A stretch of 64,000 nt of DNA from IMG/VR virus record IMGVR_UViG_3300013936_000002, positions 10,408-74,407 of that record; one strand, 5' to 3'. Made by a program: the position numbers and the translations under genes. The notes below the pieces were generated by a model, which saw only the letters and a program-made list of their open reading frames with translations, searched no databases and had not been told where the DNA came from. Of this stretch, positions 48,259 through 56,874 are shown piece by piece; position 1 is the first letter of the stretch, and each line of letters opens with the position of its first letter. Source of the DNA: a virus (taxonomy: Duplodnaviria > Caudoviricetes).

Positions 48259-48994
48259 ATGGAATTAAACAAAATATATTTAGGAGATGCTTACGAATTA
48301 ATCAAACAAATTCCTGATAAAAGTATTGACTTAATTGTTACTGATCCACCTTATGAAATAAATAGTTTAACAGGTGGTGGTATGTTAAAAGAAAAAAGAA
48401 TAGAAAATTTAATGGACAGTTTAGAAAATGAGAATCTACATATAGGAATTAAAGAAGATATTCTAAACGAATTTATAAGAGTTTGCAAAAAAATAAATGT
48501 TTATATATGGTGCAATAAAACCTTGATTCCTAAGCTATTAGATTTTTTTGTTATCAAGCATAAATGTACATTTGATATAATCACTTGGCACAAAACAAAT
48601 GCAATGCCTTTATGTGGTGGGAAATATTTAACCGATACAGAATATTGCTTATATTTCAAAGATGGAGTAAAACTTAATACAACTTATGATACAGCTAAAA
48701 CTCATTATGAACTACCTATTAATATTCAAGATAAAGCACTTTATTCTCATCCTACTATTAAGCCAATACAAATTATTAAGAACTTAATAACTAACTCAAG
48801 CCTTGAGGGGGGGGGTAGTGCTAGACCCATTTATAGGTTCAGGAACAACAGCTGTTGCATGTAAAGAATTAAATAGACAATTCATAGGTTTTGAATTAAA
48901 TCCAAAGTTTTATGAAATTGCAAACGATAGATTAAATGATGTAACTCAAGTTGATAAAAAGAAAGAAGAACAAGGCTATATGAAATTGTTTTAG
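48259..48994 (+). pseudogene. N4/N6 DNA methyltransferase (beta order), frameshifted at a G9 tract (putative phase-variable OFF state)
   Basis: DLIVTDPPY and HPTIKP in one frame, VLDPFIGSGTT in the +1 frame; junction at G9 48807-48815; G8 joins them. Confidence 0.85.
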
Positions 48995-49006
48995 AAAGGA
49001 AAAAAC

Positions 49007-50537
49007 ATGAAAAAAGTTGATGAAGAACAAATATCTTTATTTAGTATGATATATGATGAATTTAAGATTACAAAACCAATTAGATTAATTGAATTATTTG
49101 CAGGCTATGGAAGTCAATCATTAGCATTAAAATATTTAAATGTTAATTTTGAACATTGGAAAATTGCAGAATGGGCAGTAAAATCAATCATTGCTTATAA
49201 AGATTTACATTTTAGTGAAAATAATCAAGATTATTCCAAAAATTTAAGTTTTGAAGAAATAATTAATTATTTAAACGATTTAGGAATATCAATGGATTAT
49301 AATGAACCTATGAATTTAAAACAAATAAAATCTATGGGTGAAAATAAATGTCGTATGGTATTTAATGATATAAAAGCAAGTAATAATCTTGTTAATATAT
49401 CAAAAGTGAAGGGGGGGGGATTTAAACATTGTTGATAGTGATAAGTTTCAATATATAATGACTTATTCCTATCCATGTTGAAAATGACAAGATTTATCAT
49501 TAGCTGGAAAGCAATTAGGAATGACTAAAGGTAGTGGAACAAGAAGCGGTTTATTATGGGAAGTAGAAAGAATTTTAGATGAATTAAAACAAGATAATAT
49601 TCAAGAAATGCCGATACTCTTAATGGAAAATGTTCCAGAAGTTCATTCTAAAAATAATATTAAAGATTTTAGATTATGGATTCAAAAATTAGAATCCTTA
49701 GGTTATACAAATTTTTGTGAAGATTTAAATGCCAAAAATTATGGAATACCTCAAAATAGAGTTAGAACATTTATGATTTCTATTCCAAAAGAATGTATAT
49801 ATTATTTTCCAAAAAAGAAAAAATTAGATATTTTATTAAAAGATTTATACATTAAAAATGTAGATGAAAAATATTTTTTAAAAAACAAACAAATAAATGA
49901 TATTATCCATTGGAAAGCACAACAAGATCCAATCGAAACAATGGATAAAGTAAATAAAACAGGTATTATACCTATTATAACTACAAGAAGTGGAGACTAT
50001 ACAGCTGGTATGATATTAATACCTATTAAAAATAATACTTCTCAAGGATATGAAATGGCAACATTTGGTGATGGTATTAATATTAGTGGTAGAATGAAAT
50101 ATCAAAGAGGTAATGTGCAGCATGGATTATCTCAAACTTTAACTACTAAAAGTAATGTAGGTATTATTAATGAGTTACAATTACTTGGAAATGCAACAAA
50201 TAAAACATTTAACAATGGAAAAGATATTCATCAACAAGATAGATGTTATAATGATAATTTATTGACAACTATTAATACTCATGTATTTCCATATCATTTA
50301 GATAATTTAAGATTTAGAAGATTGATACCTAAAGAACATTTTAGGTTAATGGGAGTTAAAGATAAAGATTTTGAAAAAATTAAATTAAACCAATCTGACC
50401 AATCATTATATCATTTAGCTGGGGATAGCATTGTTGCAACTTGTTTAATGGGTTTATTTGGACAATTATTAGGAATTAATTGGCAAGATAAATTTAATAT
50501 AAAAGAATGGTTTGATTATTTACCTAAAAAAATTTAA
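49007..50537 (+). pseudogene. C5 cytosine DNA methyltransferase interrupted by a G9 frameshift and a 9-nt stop-containing insert
   Basis: Motif I ELFAGYG, IV TYSYPC/QDLS, VI LLMENV, VIII PQNRVR, IX RRLIPKE.FRLMG, X LAGDSIV; G9 at 49411-49419; TGAAAATGA at 49479-49487. Confidence 0.88.
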
Positions 50538-50565
50538 AAAAGTAAGAAGAAAAGGAGATAAAATT

Positions 50566-50811
50566 ATGTGGATTAGAACACAAGATAGAGAAGAATTAGT
50601 TAATGCTGATAGAGTAAAAAATATATTTATAAATAAATTAATTAAATTAACAAATCCTAGATGGGAAATAAAAGCTGATGAATTAACTTTAGGTGTTTAC
50701 ACTTCTGAAGATAATGCTATTGATGTTTTAGCTTATATTCAAGAATGTATTTATTTAGGCAAAGCTGAAATGAATATGCCATTAGAAAAAGATGGAGAGT
50801 TGTTAAAATAA
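50566..50811 (+). CDS. Hypothetical protein
   Basis: Start at MWIRTQD with AAGGAG RBS. Confidence 0.6.
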   Translation: MWIRTQDREELVNADRVKNIFINKLIKLTNPRWEIKADELTLGVYTSEDNAIDVLAYIQECIYLGKAEMNMPLEKDGELLK

Positions 50812-50812
50812 T

Positions 50813-51295
50813 ATGTTCGAAGAAGAAAAAGAATTTATAGATAATCAAATAAAAGGCATAAATTTATCATTAGATAATGTTAATGATTATGATACTGAAG
50901 ATTATATTGAAGATTTAAATTGTGCATTAAAAACCTTTCAAAGTATAAAAAAGATAATTCTTGATTATGAAAAAGAAAATGAAGAAACAAAAAGTTTCCC
51001 AGAATGTTCAGAACTAGCATATAATGATGAATTGCCTTTAGTAAATACAATATTACAAAGAAACAATGAAATTCTTAGTTCACTTGTACAATTAGATGAT
51101 GTATTACAAAAACTAGATAACAATACGATTGTTGCTGTTTATGATACAAGCAATAAAATATTATATGATGGATCAAAAGAAGATATCTATAAGTCAAATT
51201 TAGTAATTGATAATTTATATATTAATAATATTAAACTTTATGCTGATAAAAACATCAATCCATTTATGTTAATATTAGCAAAAAAATTAAATTAA
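50813..51295 (+). CDS. Hypothetical protein
   Basis: Operon position. Confidence 0.55.
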   Translation: MFEEEKEFIDNQIKGINLSLDNVNDYDTEDYIEDLNCALKTFQSIKKIILDYEKENEETKSFPECSELAYNDELPLVNTILQRNNEILSSLVQLDDVLQKLDNNTIVAVYDTSNKILYDGSKEDIYKSNLVIDNLYINNIKLYADKNINPFMLILAKKLN

Positions 51296-51302
51296 ATAAT
51301 TT

Positions 51303-51351
51303 AAAAAAGTTAAATGATTTTATTTACATTTAACTTTTTTTATTGTATAAT
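51303..51351 (+). promoter_or_regulatory. Fused terminator hairpin / promoter
   Basis: 14-bp stem whose loop and 3' arm carry tttaca-17-tataat. Confidence 0.7.
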
Positions 51352-51380
51352 AAAATCAATAAAAGAAAGGAATTGATAGA

Positions 51381-51926
51381 ATGAAAAAAGTAAAAGTGTT
51401 ATTATATTGTACTAAAGCAAAACCATTTTTGCTTGAGCATAAAACAGATGACAATCAAGTATTATATGTAACTACTGAATTTGGTAGTTTATACTATTGG
51501 AGAATTAATCATAAAAAAGTATTAAATGGTAAAATTGTTGCTGAATGTGAAGTTGAAACCGAAGAAATTAGATTAAGTGAATATACATATTATGATGATT
51601 GTAAGATAGCTTATTTTGATACTCCTACATTACTAAACGGTGAATTATTATACAAAAGTTGTTTAGATAATGGTGAATTAGAAAATTATCTTATAAATCA
51701 AAAAGGGTATGCTTTACATATTAGCAATTTAAGAACATTTGATGAACCAAAAGGGTTATATGAATATAATATAATAAAAGCACCACAAAATATGATGAGA
51801 GTATTTGATGATAATAGAAATAAATATATTTTAATTAGCGTTCAATCTGAATGGTTATGCAAAATCTTAAATGGTGAAAAAACTATTGGAGTTAGAAAAA
51901 AAGTTTTAAAGGAGATGCTAGAATGA
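51381..51926 (+). CDS. ASCH-like domain protein, apparently circularly permuted
   Basis: LNGKIVAE, GYALHISNL..FDEP, KAPQ; the ILISVQSEWLCKILNGEKTI.VR motif is at the C-terminus. Confidence 0.7.
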   Translation: MKKVKVLLYCTKAKPFLLEHKTDDNQVLYVTTEFGSLYYWRINHKKVLNGKIVAECEVETEEIRLSEYTYYDDCKIAYFDTPTLLNGELLYKSCLDNGELENYLINQKGYALHISNLRTFDEPKGLYEYNIIKAPQNMMRVFDDNRNKYILISVQSEWLCKILNGEKTIGVRKKVLKEMLE

Positions 51927-52192
51927 GTAAAGAAATACGAATGGTAACTCTAAATAGAATAAAATACTGCTTATTAAGAATATTTGAAGCAGAAGATGAT
52001 GATATTCCTAATCTTAAAATTATTGCAGCAAATGAAAGAGCAATTATGCATTATTTAAAAGGTTATTCTAAACATGAAAAAGATGAATTATTAAGACTTA
52101 TTCGTTGGACTAATGATGCTAATGCTTCAGAATTAGAAAAACATGGTTGGAGAGTTATAAGAGAGAAAAATAAAAATGAACGAAAAAATTAA
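51923..52192 (+). CDS. Hypothetical protein
   Basis: AAGGAG RBS, ATGA overlap. Confidence 0.55.
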   Translation: MSKEIRMVTLNRIKYCLLRIFEAEDDDIPNLKIIAANERAIMHYLKGYSKHEKDELLRLIRWTNDANASELEKHGWRVIREKNKNERKN

Positions 52193-52546
52193 ACTATACA
52201 AGCAAAGAAAAAAAGAAAAAAAGAAAAAATTAAAATATACAAACAAATAAAAGTTAAAGGAGTTAAATATAAACAAGCTATAGAAGCTGAAAAATTTATT
52301 CACCCTGATTTCACTGATTTAGCAATATTTAAAGATAAAAAGGAAAATGGAATCATTCTTGATATTAAAACTGGATTAGTTGTTGCAATAGCAAAATGGA
52401 AGAAGCAAGTGATTAAAATTTTCAATGACATTTGTGCTGATTCATATTATGAATTTATTAAAACTAAAGAATATCAAAAAATAATTAAAGAATTTAACGA
52501 GCTTGAAGAGTATCATCTAGAATTAAAGGAGATAAAAGAAAAATGA
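52176..52546 (+). pseudogene. Hypothetical gene split by an A-rich tandem repeat (-1 frame needed)
   Basis: ATG frame stops at 52250; a start-less frame runs from 52193 to TGA 52546; G(A)7 G(A)7 G(A)6 repeat between them. Confidence 0.55.
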
Positions 52547-52917
52547 GTAAAACGGATAAAAGCGACAATGAAATTTTACATAGTAGGTTCAATGTAGAAG
52601 TACATTCAAAACACTTTATAAATTATTGTGAAGTAATTGTCTTACCTAATGGAGAAGTAGAATATGCAATCCCTTCACATGAAAGAAAAGCTATTGAGAT
52701 TTTTAAAAGACAATTTAATTTAAGTAATGAAGATTTAAATAATTTATCTAAGGAACTTTCAATAGAATATATTTGTGAAAAATGCCACCTAATAATGTTA
52801 TGGTATGAGTATGCTTTTACACCTATTAAAATAACTCAAGAACAAGTAAATACTTTAAATGAATTAATATCACATAAATGTATAAGTGAAAATATTTGGA
52901 AATATATTTATAAATAA
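52543..52917 (+). CDS. Hypothetical protein
   Basis: AAGGAG RBS; FINYCE...PNG.VEYAIPSH. Confidence 0.6.
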   Translation: MSKTDKSDNEILHSRFNVEVHSKHFINYCEVIVLPNGEVEYAIPSHERKAIEIFKRQFNLSNEDLNNLSKELSIEYICEKCHLIMLWYEYAFTPIKITQEQVNTLNELISHKCISENIWKYIYK

Positions 52918-52922
52918 ATTCT

Positions 52923-53381
52923 ATGAAAGGAAAAATTAAAATAATGAAACATTTTGAATATGAAGATAGATTAACAAAAAAGAAAAACCAAAAAGAAGTA
53001 GAGAAGAAAATATGCGAATCTTTAGGCTTTGATTTAAAAGAAGCACACCTTATTAATGAAGGCAAATATCAAATAAAAGATGATGTTATGATACATAATG
53101 CAATAGATAAGTTAGGTCAATTAGAAGATATAGAGGAAAGACTAGGTATTAAATTGTTAACCTTAATCAAGGCGGTTGATAATAGAATCTATTCTAAAGA
53201 ATATAATGAAATGAGAAAGGTTGATTTAACTCGTCTTGAATTGATACCTGGTTTTCCAATTACTGAGTATGAATATCCTTCCGAAGATTTATGCCTATAT
53301 GATGATGATTTAGAAGAATGTTATTTTTTTAAAGATTATGGTAAAACATGGGCTTTAACAAAAAAGGAGATAAAAAAATGA
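52923..53381 (+). CDS. Hypothetical protein
   Basis: KLGQLEDIEE and DYGKTWALTK motifs familiar from Firmicute phage accessory genes. Confidence 0.6.
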   Translation: MKGKIKIMKHFEYEDRLTKKKNQKEVEKKICESLGFDLKEAHLINEGKYQIKDDVMIHNAIDKLGQLEDIEERLGIKLLTLIKAVDNRIYSKEYNEMRKVDLTRLELIPGFPITEYEYPSEDLCLYDDDLEECYFFKDYGKTWALTKKEIKK

Positions 53382-53608
53382 AATTAAAAGACTTATTAAC
53401 AGGAACAGACATGGAACATTGCAAAATTAGAATTATAGAGGTAAGACCTAAACCTTTGCACAATATAGATATTGCTTATTTATACGATTTTACAAAATAT
53501 CAAATAAAAAATGGAATAGTTCAAGATTATTTAGATTTTAATATTTCAAAAATTAGAACAGATGAAGAAGGTTACATGGTTTTATTTTTAAGCAATGAAG
53601 AAAAATAA
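53378..53608 (+). CDS. Small protein, MKL[KN] paralog family
   Basis: Start at MKLKDLL with AAGGAG RBS. Confidence 0.55.
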   Translation: MKLKDLLTGTDMEHCKIRIIEVRPKPLHNIDIAYLYDFTKYQIKNGIVQDYLDFNISKIRTDEEGYMVLFLSNEEK

Positions 53609-53630
53609 TTATATAAAAGGAGTAAAAATT

Positions 53631-53954
53631 ATGAAATGTAAAAATTGTAATCATCAATATTGTGATAGCTATGAAGAACAAATATATTATTGTATTTTTT
53701 TTGGAGATGAACCAGAAGAGCCATTTTATACTGAAGATGGTTGTAAACTAAAATATAAAGAAGCTAAAAAATTAGAAAGATTATTAGAAAATTGTGATGT
53801 AACTAAAGGTTGGGATGTTGAAGAAAAAGATAGAGAAAATATTTTAAATCAAGTGAATAAAGCACTTGAAGAATATAACAAATATTATAAAAAACTAGAG
53901 GGAAAATATGGAAAGAATATATCAAAAAAAACCACGAAAAATTCAAATGATTAA
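53631..53954 (+). CDS. Cys-containing hypothetical protein
   Basis: MKCKNC..QYC; AAGGAG RBS. Confidence 0.55.
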   Translation: MKCKNCNHQYCDSYEEQIYYCIFFGDEPEEPFYTEDGCKLKYKEAKKLERLLENCDVTKGWDVEEKDRENILNQVNKALEEYNKYYKKLEGKYGKNISKKTTKNSND

Positions 53955-54144
53955 AGGTAGAAGTTATGCAAAATGTGAAAATTGTGGATTAGTAAAAGAA
54001 GATGGGAATGTTATATTATTATTTAATGAAACCAATTATCATTGCAGAAAAACAAATCATATTGTTAAAAGATTATATGCTAATGAAAATAGCTTATGGC
54101 TTTGTAAAGATTGTTTAAATGAGCTAAGAAAGGCAATAAAATGA
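53908..54144 (+). CDS. Zinc-ribbon-like small protein
   Basis: CENCG and LCKDC pairs. Confidence 0.55.
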   Translation: MERIYQKKPRKIQMIKGRSYAKCENCGLVKEDGNVILLFNETNYHCRKTNHIVKRLYANENSLWLCKDCLNELRKAIK

Positions 54145-55253
54145 TATATGGTTATGCAAGAGTTTCAACTAAAGAACAAAATTTAGATAGACAACTTGAA
54201 GAATTTAAAAACTATAATATTGATAAAATCTATTGTGAAAAGAAATCAGGAAAGAATTTTAAAGATAGAGATGAATATCAAAAATTATTAAAAAAACTAA
54301 AGAAAGGTGATTTGTTAATTATCATGTCTATTGATAGATTAGGTAGAAATTATGAGGAAATTTTAAATCAATGGAGAATAATTGTTGAAGATAAAAAATG
54401 TGATATTCAAGTTTTAGACTTTCCAATGTTAAATACTAGAAATGGTGGTTATGGACTTGAAGGTAAATTCTTATCAAATATCATACTTCAAGTGTTAGCT
54501 TATGTCGCCGAAAAGGAAAGGCAAAAAATAAAAGAAAGACAAGCTCAAGGAATAGCTATTGCTAAAGCAAAAGGTATTCATATGGGTAGACCTAATTTGG
54601 TGTTTCCACCTAATGCTGATGAAGTGCTTAATAAATATGTTAATAATGAAATATCTAAAGAAGAAGCTATGACATTGTTAAAATGTGCTAATTCAACATT
54701 TTATAAAATGTTACAAATAAAATCATTAAAGAGAAAAAAGATATTAAAGAAAAAATTAAAAAAATATAAACATCCGAAAATTATAATTAAAAAATATAAA
54801 CATTCTAAAATTATAATTAAAAAATATAAGTATCCTAAAACTATAAAAAAAAGATATAAAAAACCTCGTATCGGAATACAAGCTAAAAAATACAAACATC
54901 CTAAAATTAAAGTTATAGCAAAAAAATATAGAAAACCTAAAATTAAAGTTGTAATTAAGAAAAATAAAAAACCTAAAATTATAAGAAAAAAATATAGAAA
55001 ACCTAAAATTAAATTTGAACCAATAATTGTTGTGAATCAAGTGGTTTATTTAAAATCTAAATCAGATTATAAAATAGTAGCTTATAAAAAGAATGGTGAA
55101 AAAGTTGAAGCAAAAACCTTTTTATTATTAAGTAAAAAATTATACACAAATACATCAACTATAAAAAATTATATGAAAGGTAAAAACACTTATTTAAATG
55201 ATGATATAGAAAAAATAGAAAAAGTTTATTATGAAAAGGAGACAAAGAAATGA
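54141..55253 (+). CDS. Small serine recombinase (resolvase/invertase) with Lys-rich repeat extension
   Basis: YGYARVST.EQ, GDLLII.SIDRLGR, ER..I.ERQ..GIA.AK..G...GRP. Confidence 0.9.
   Translation: MIYGYARVSTKEQNLDRQLEEFKNYNIDKIYCEKKSGKNFKDRDEYQKLLKKLKKGDLLIIMSIDRLGRNYEEILNQWRIIVEDKKCDIQVLDFPMLNTRNGGYGLEGKFLSNIILQVLAYVAEKERQKIKERQAQGIAIAKAKGIHMGRPNLVFPPNADEVLNKYVNNEISKEEAMTLLKCANSTFYKMLQIKSLKRKKILKKKLKKYKHPKIIIKKYKHSKIIIKKYKYPKTIKKRYKKPRIGIQAKKYKHPKIKVIAKKYRKPKIKVVIKKNKKPKIIRKKYRKPKIKFEPIIVVNQVVYLKSKSDYKIVAYKKNGEKVEAKTFLLLSKKLYTNTSTIKNYMKGKNTYLNDDIEKIEKVYYEKETKK
54759..55010 (+). repeat. Eight degenerate coding tandem repeats (KKY[KR]xPKI)
   Basis: 30-36-nt units such as aaaaaatataaacatccgaaaattataatt. 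Confidence 0.85.
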
Positions 55254-55414
55254 TAGAAATTGAAGTATTAAATGCTAATACGCATAAAAATGAAATTTAT
55301 CATTTTAATAATAGTAAAGATGCAAAAATGTTTTTAAAAAATAAAACATTACTATTAGTAGGAATTAGAGGGTATAGTTCACAAGAAGAATTGAACTATA
55401 TATTAGGTAATTAA
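55250..55414 (+). CDS. Small hypothetical protein (54 aa), absent from the ORF track
   Basis: AAGGAG RBS, ATGA overlap. Confidence 0.5.
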   Translation: MIEIEVLNANTHKNEIYHFNNSKDAKMFLKNKTLLLVGIRGYSSQEELNYILGN

Positions 55415-55416
55415 TT

Positions 55417-56757
55417 ATGAAGTTATATTATGAAGAAGAAAACGCATTTAAATTATATGAGGGTAAAATGCAAGATGTTTTACCAACATTAAAAGAAAAG
55501 TCAATTGATAGTATTGTATGTGATCCACCTTATGAGATTAATTTTATGCAAAATGGGTGGGATAATTCATCAGTTGCATTTCAAAAAGAAACTTGGCAAC
55601 ATTGTTTTAGAGTTTTAAAACCAGGTGGATATTTATTAGCTTTTGGTGGAACTAGAACATATCATAGAATAGCATGTGCTATTGAAGATGCAGGATTTGA
55701 GATTAGAGATTGTATTATGTATTTATATGGTAGTGGTATGCCAAAAGGTCAAAATGTAGGTTTAATGATTGATAAAAAAAGAGGTGTAGATAATAGAACA
55801 GGAAATGTTGTTGCTGGTGTTCATAACTCTGATAGTTTAGTTAACATAGCATCTTCTTGTAAACCTATATACGAAGAAAGACAAGCACAAAATGAGTATG
55901 CTGGGTATAATACAGCGTTAAAACCAGCTTATGAACCAGTTATTGTTGCAAGAAAACCAGTCGAAGGAACGGTGGTTGAAAACATCTTAAAATATGGTGT
56001 AGGAGCAATGAATATAGATGAATGTAGAGTTGGTATAACTGGTGGTGTAAAAACATTAGGTAATATTCCAAATAAAGAAAGAAACGAATCAATTACACCA
56101 ATTATGGATCGAAAGATATTAGGTCAAGTCGCTTTAGATAAAGGTAGATATCCTGCTAATGTGATAACTGATGGTTCAGATGAAGTAGCTGCTAATATGC
56201 CAATAAATGAATCACATTATAGTAAACCAAATTTTGAACCATGTAAAAATCAAAATAGTGCTGTTAAAATTACTTCAATAAATTATAAAAGTGGAGGTAT
56301 TCATTTTGAAGATAGTGGGTCAGCTTGTAGATATTTCTATACAGCTAAAACAAGTTCAAAAGATAGAGATGAAGGACTTGATATATTTGAAGATGAAAAA
56401 GTATGGACTCAAGATGGTAGATTTAATAGTTTTGATATTTATAAAGATAATGCACCACGAAAAAATATTCATCCAACGGTTAAACCAACAACATTAATGC
56501 AATATTTAGTTCGTTTAGTAACTCCTAAAGGTGGAACAGTACTTGATCCATTTATGGGGTCAGGATCAACTGGAAAAGCAACTATGTTTGAGAATAGAGA
56601 AAGAAATGCTAATTACAAATTTATAGGTGTTGAAATGACTGAAAAATATTTACCAATATGTAAAGCACGAATTGATTATGCACTTCATAAATTTGAATAT
56701 GATATAGAAAAAGAAAAATTAGAAGATGAAAAAAATGGAGTTGTTAGACTTTTCTAA
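55417..56757 (+). CDS. N4/N6 DNA methyltransferase (intact, long variable region)
   Basis: DSIVCDPPY, LKPAYEP, HPTVKP..LM.YL, VLDPFMGSGSTG. Confidence 0.92.
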   Translation: MKLYYEEENAFKLYEGKMQDVLPTLKEKSIDSIVCDPPYEINFMQNGWDNSSVAFQKETWQHCFRVLKPGGYLLAFGGTRTYHRIACAIEDAGFEIRDCIMYLYGSGMPKGQNVGLMIDKKRGVDNRTGNVVAGVHNSDSLVNIASSCKPIYEERQAQNEYAGYNTALKPAYEPVIVARKPVEGTVVENILKYGVGAMNIDECRVGITGGVKTLGNIPNKERNESITPIMDRKILGQVALDKGRYPANVITDGSDEVAANMPINESHYSKPNFEPCKNQNSAVKITSINYKSGGIHFEDSGSACRYFYTAKTSSKDRDEGLDIFEDEKVWTQDGRFNSFDIYKDNAPRKNIHPTVKPTTLMQYLVRLVTPKGGTVLDPFMGSGSTGKATMFENRERNANYKFIGVEMTEKYLPICKARIDYALHKFEYDIEKEKLEDEKNGVVRLF

Positions 56758-56783
56758 AAGATTAATTGAAAAATTAATCTTTT
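56756..56783 (+). terminator. Intrinsic terminator
   Basis: aaaagattaatt-gaaa-aattaatctttt plus T run. Confidence 0.8.
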
Positions 56784-56808
56784 TTTATTTTTTTAATTTT
56801 TTAATAAA

Positions 56809-56842
56809 AACTATTTACATTTAGCTATTAAAGATGTATAAT
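56809..56842 (+). promoter_or_regulatory. Conserved phage promoter
   Basis: aacta-tttaca-17-tataat. Confidence 0.75.
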
Positions 56843-56874
56843 TTACTTGTAAAAAGATAAAGGAGAACACAAAT

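Noticed and set aside
49479-49487. TGA reassignment (genetic code 4/25) as an explanation for the in-frame stops
   Set aside because: TGA ends genes in ATGA overlaps (18960, 51923, 54141, 59856), long genes are intact under code 11, and PC-W-K-W-QDLS would disrupt motif IV.
54141-55253. Prophage integrase or transposon
   Set aside because: It has the small resolvase architecture without large-serine recombinase or zinc-ribbon domains. No att sites, terminal repeats, repressor or host flanks are seen.
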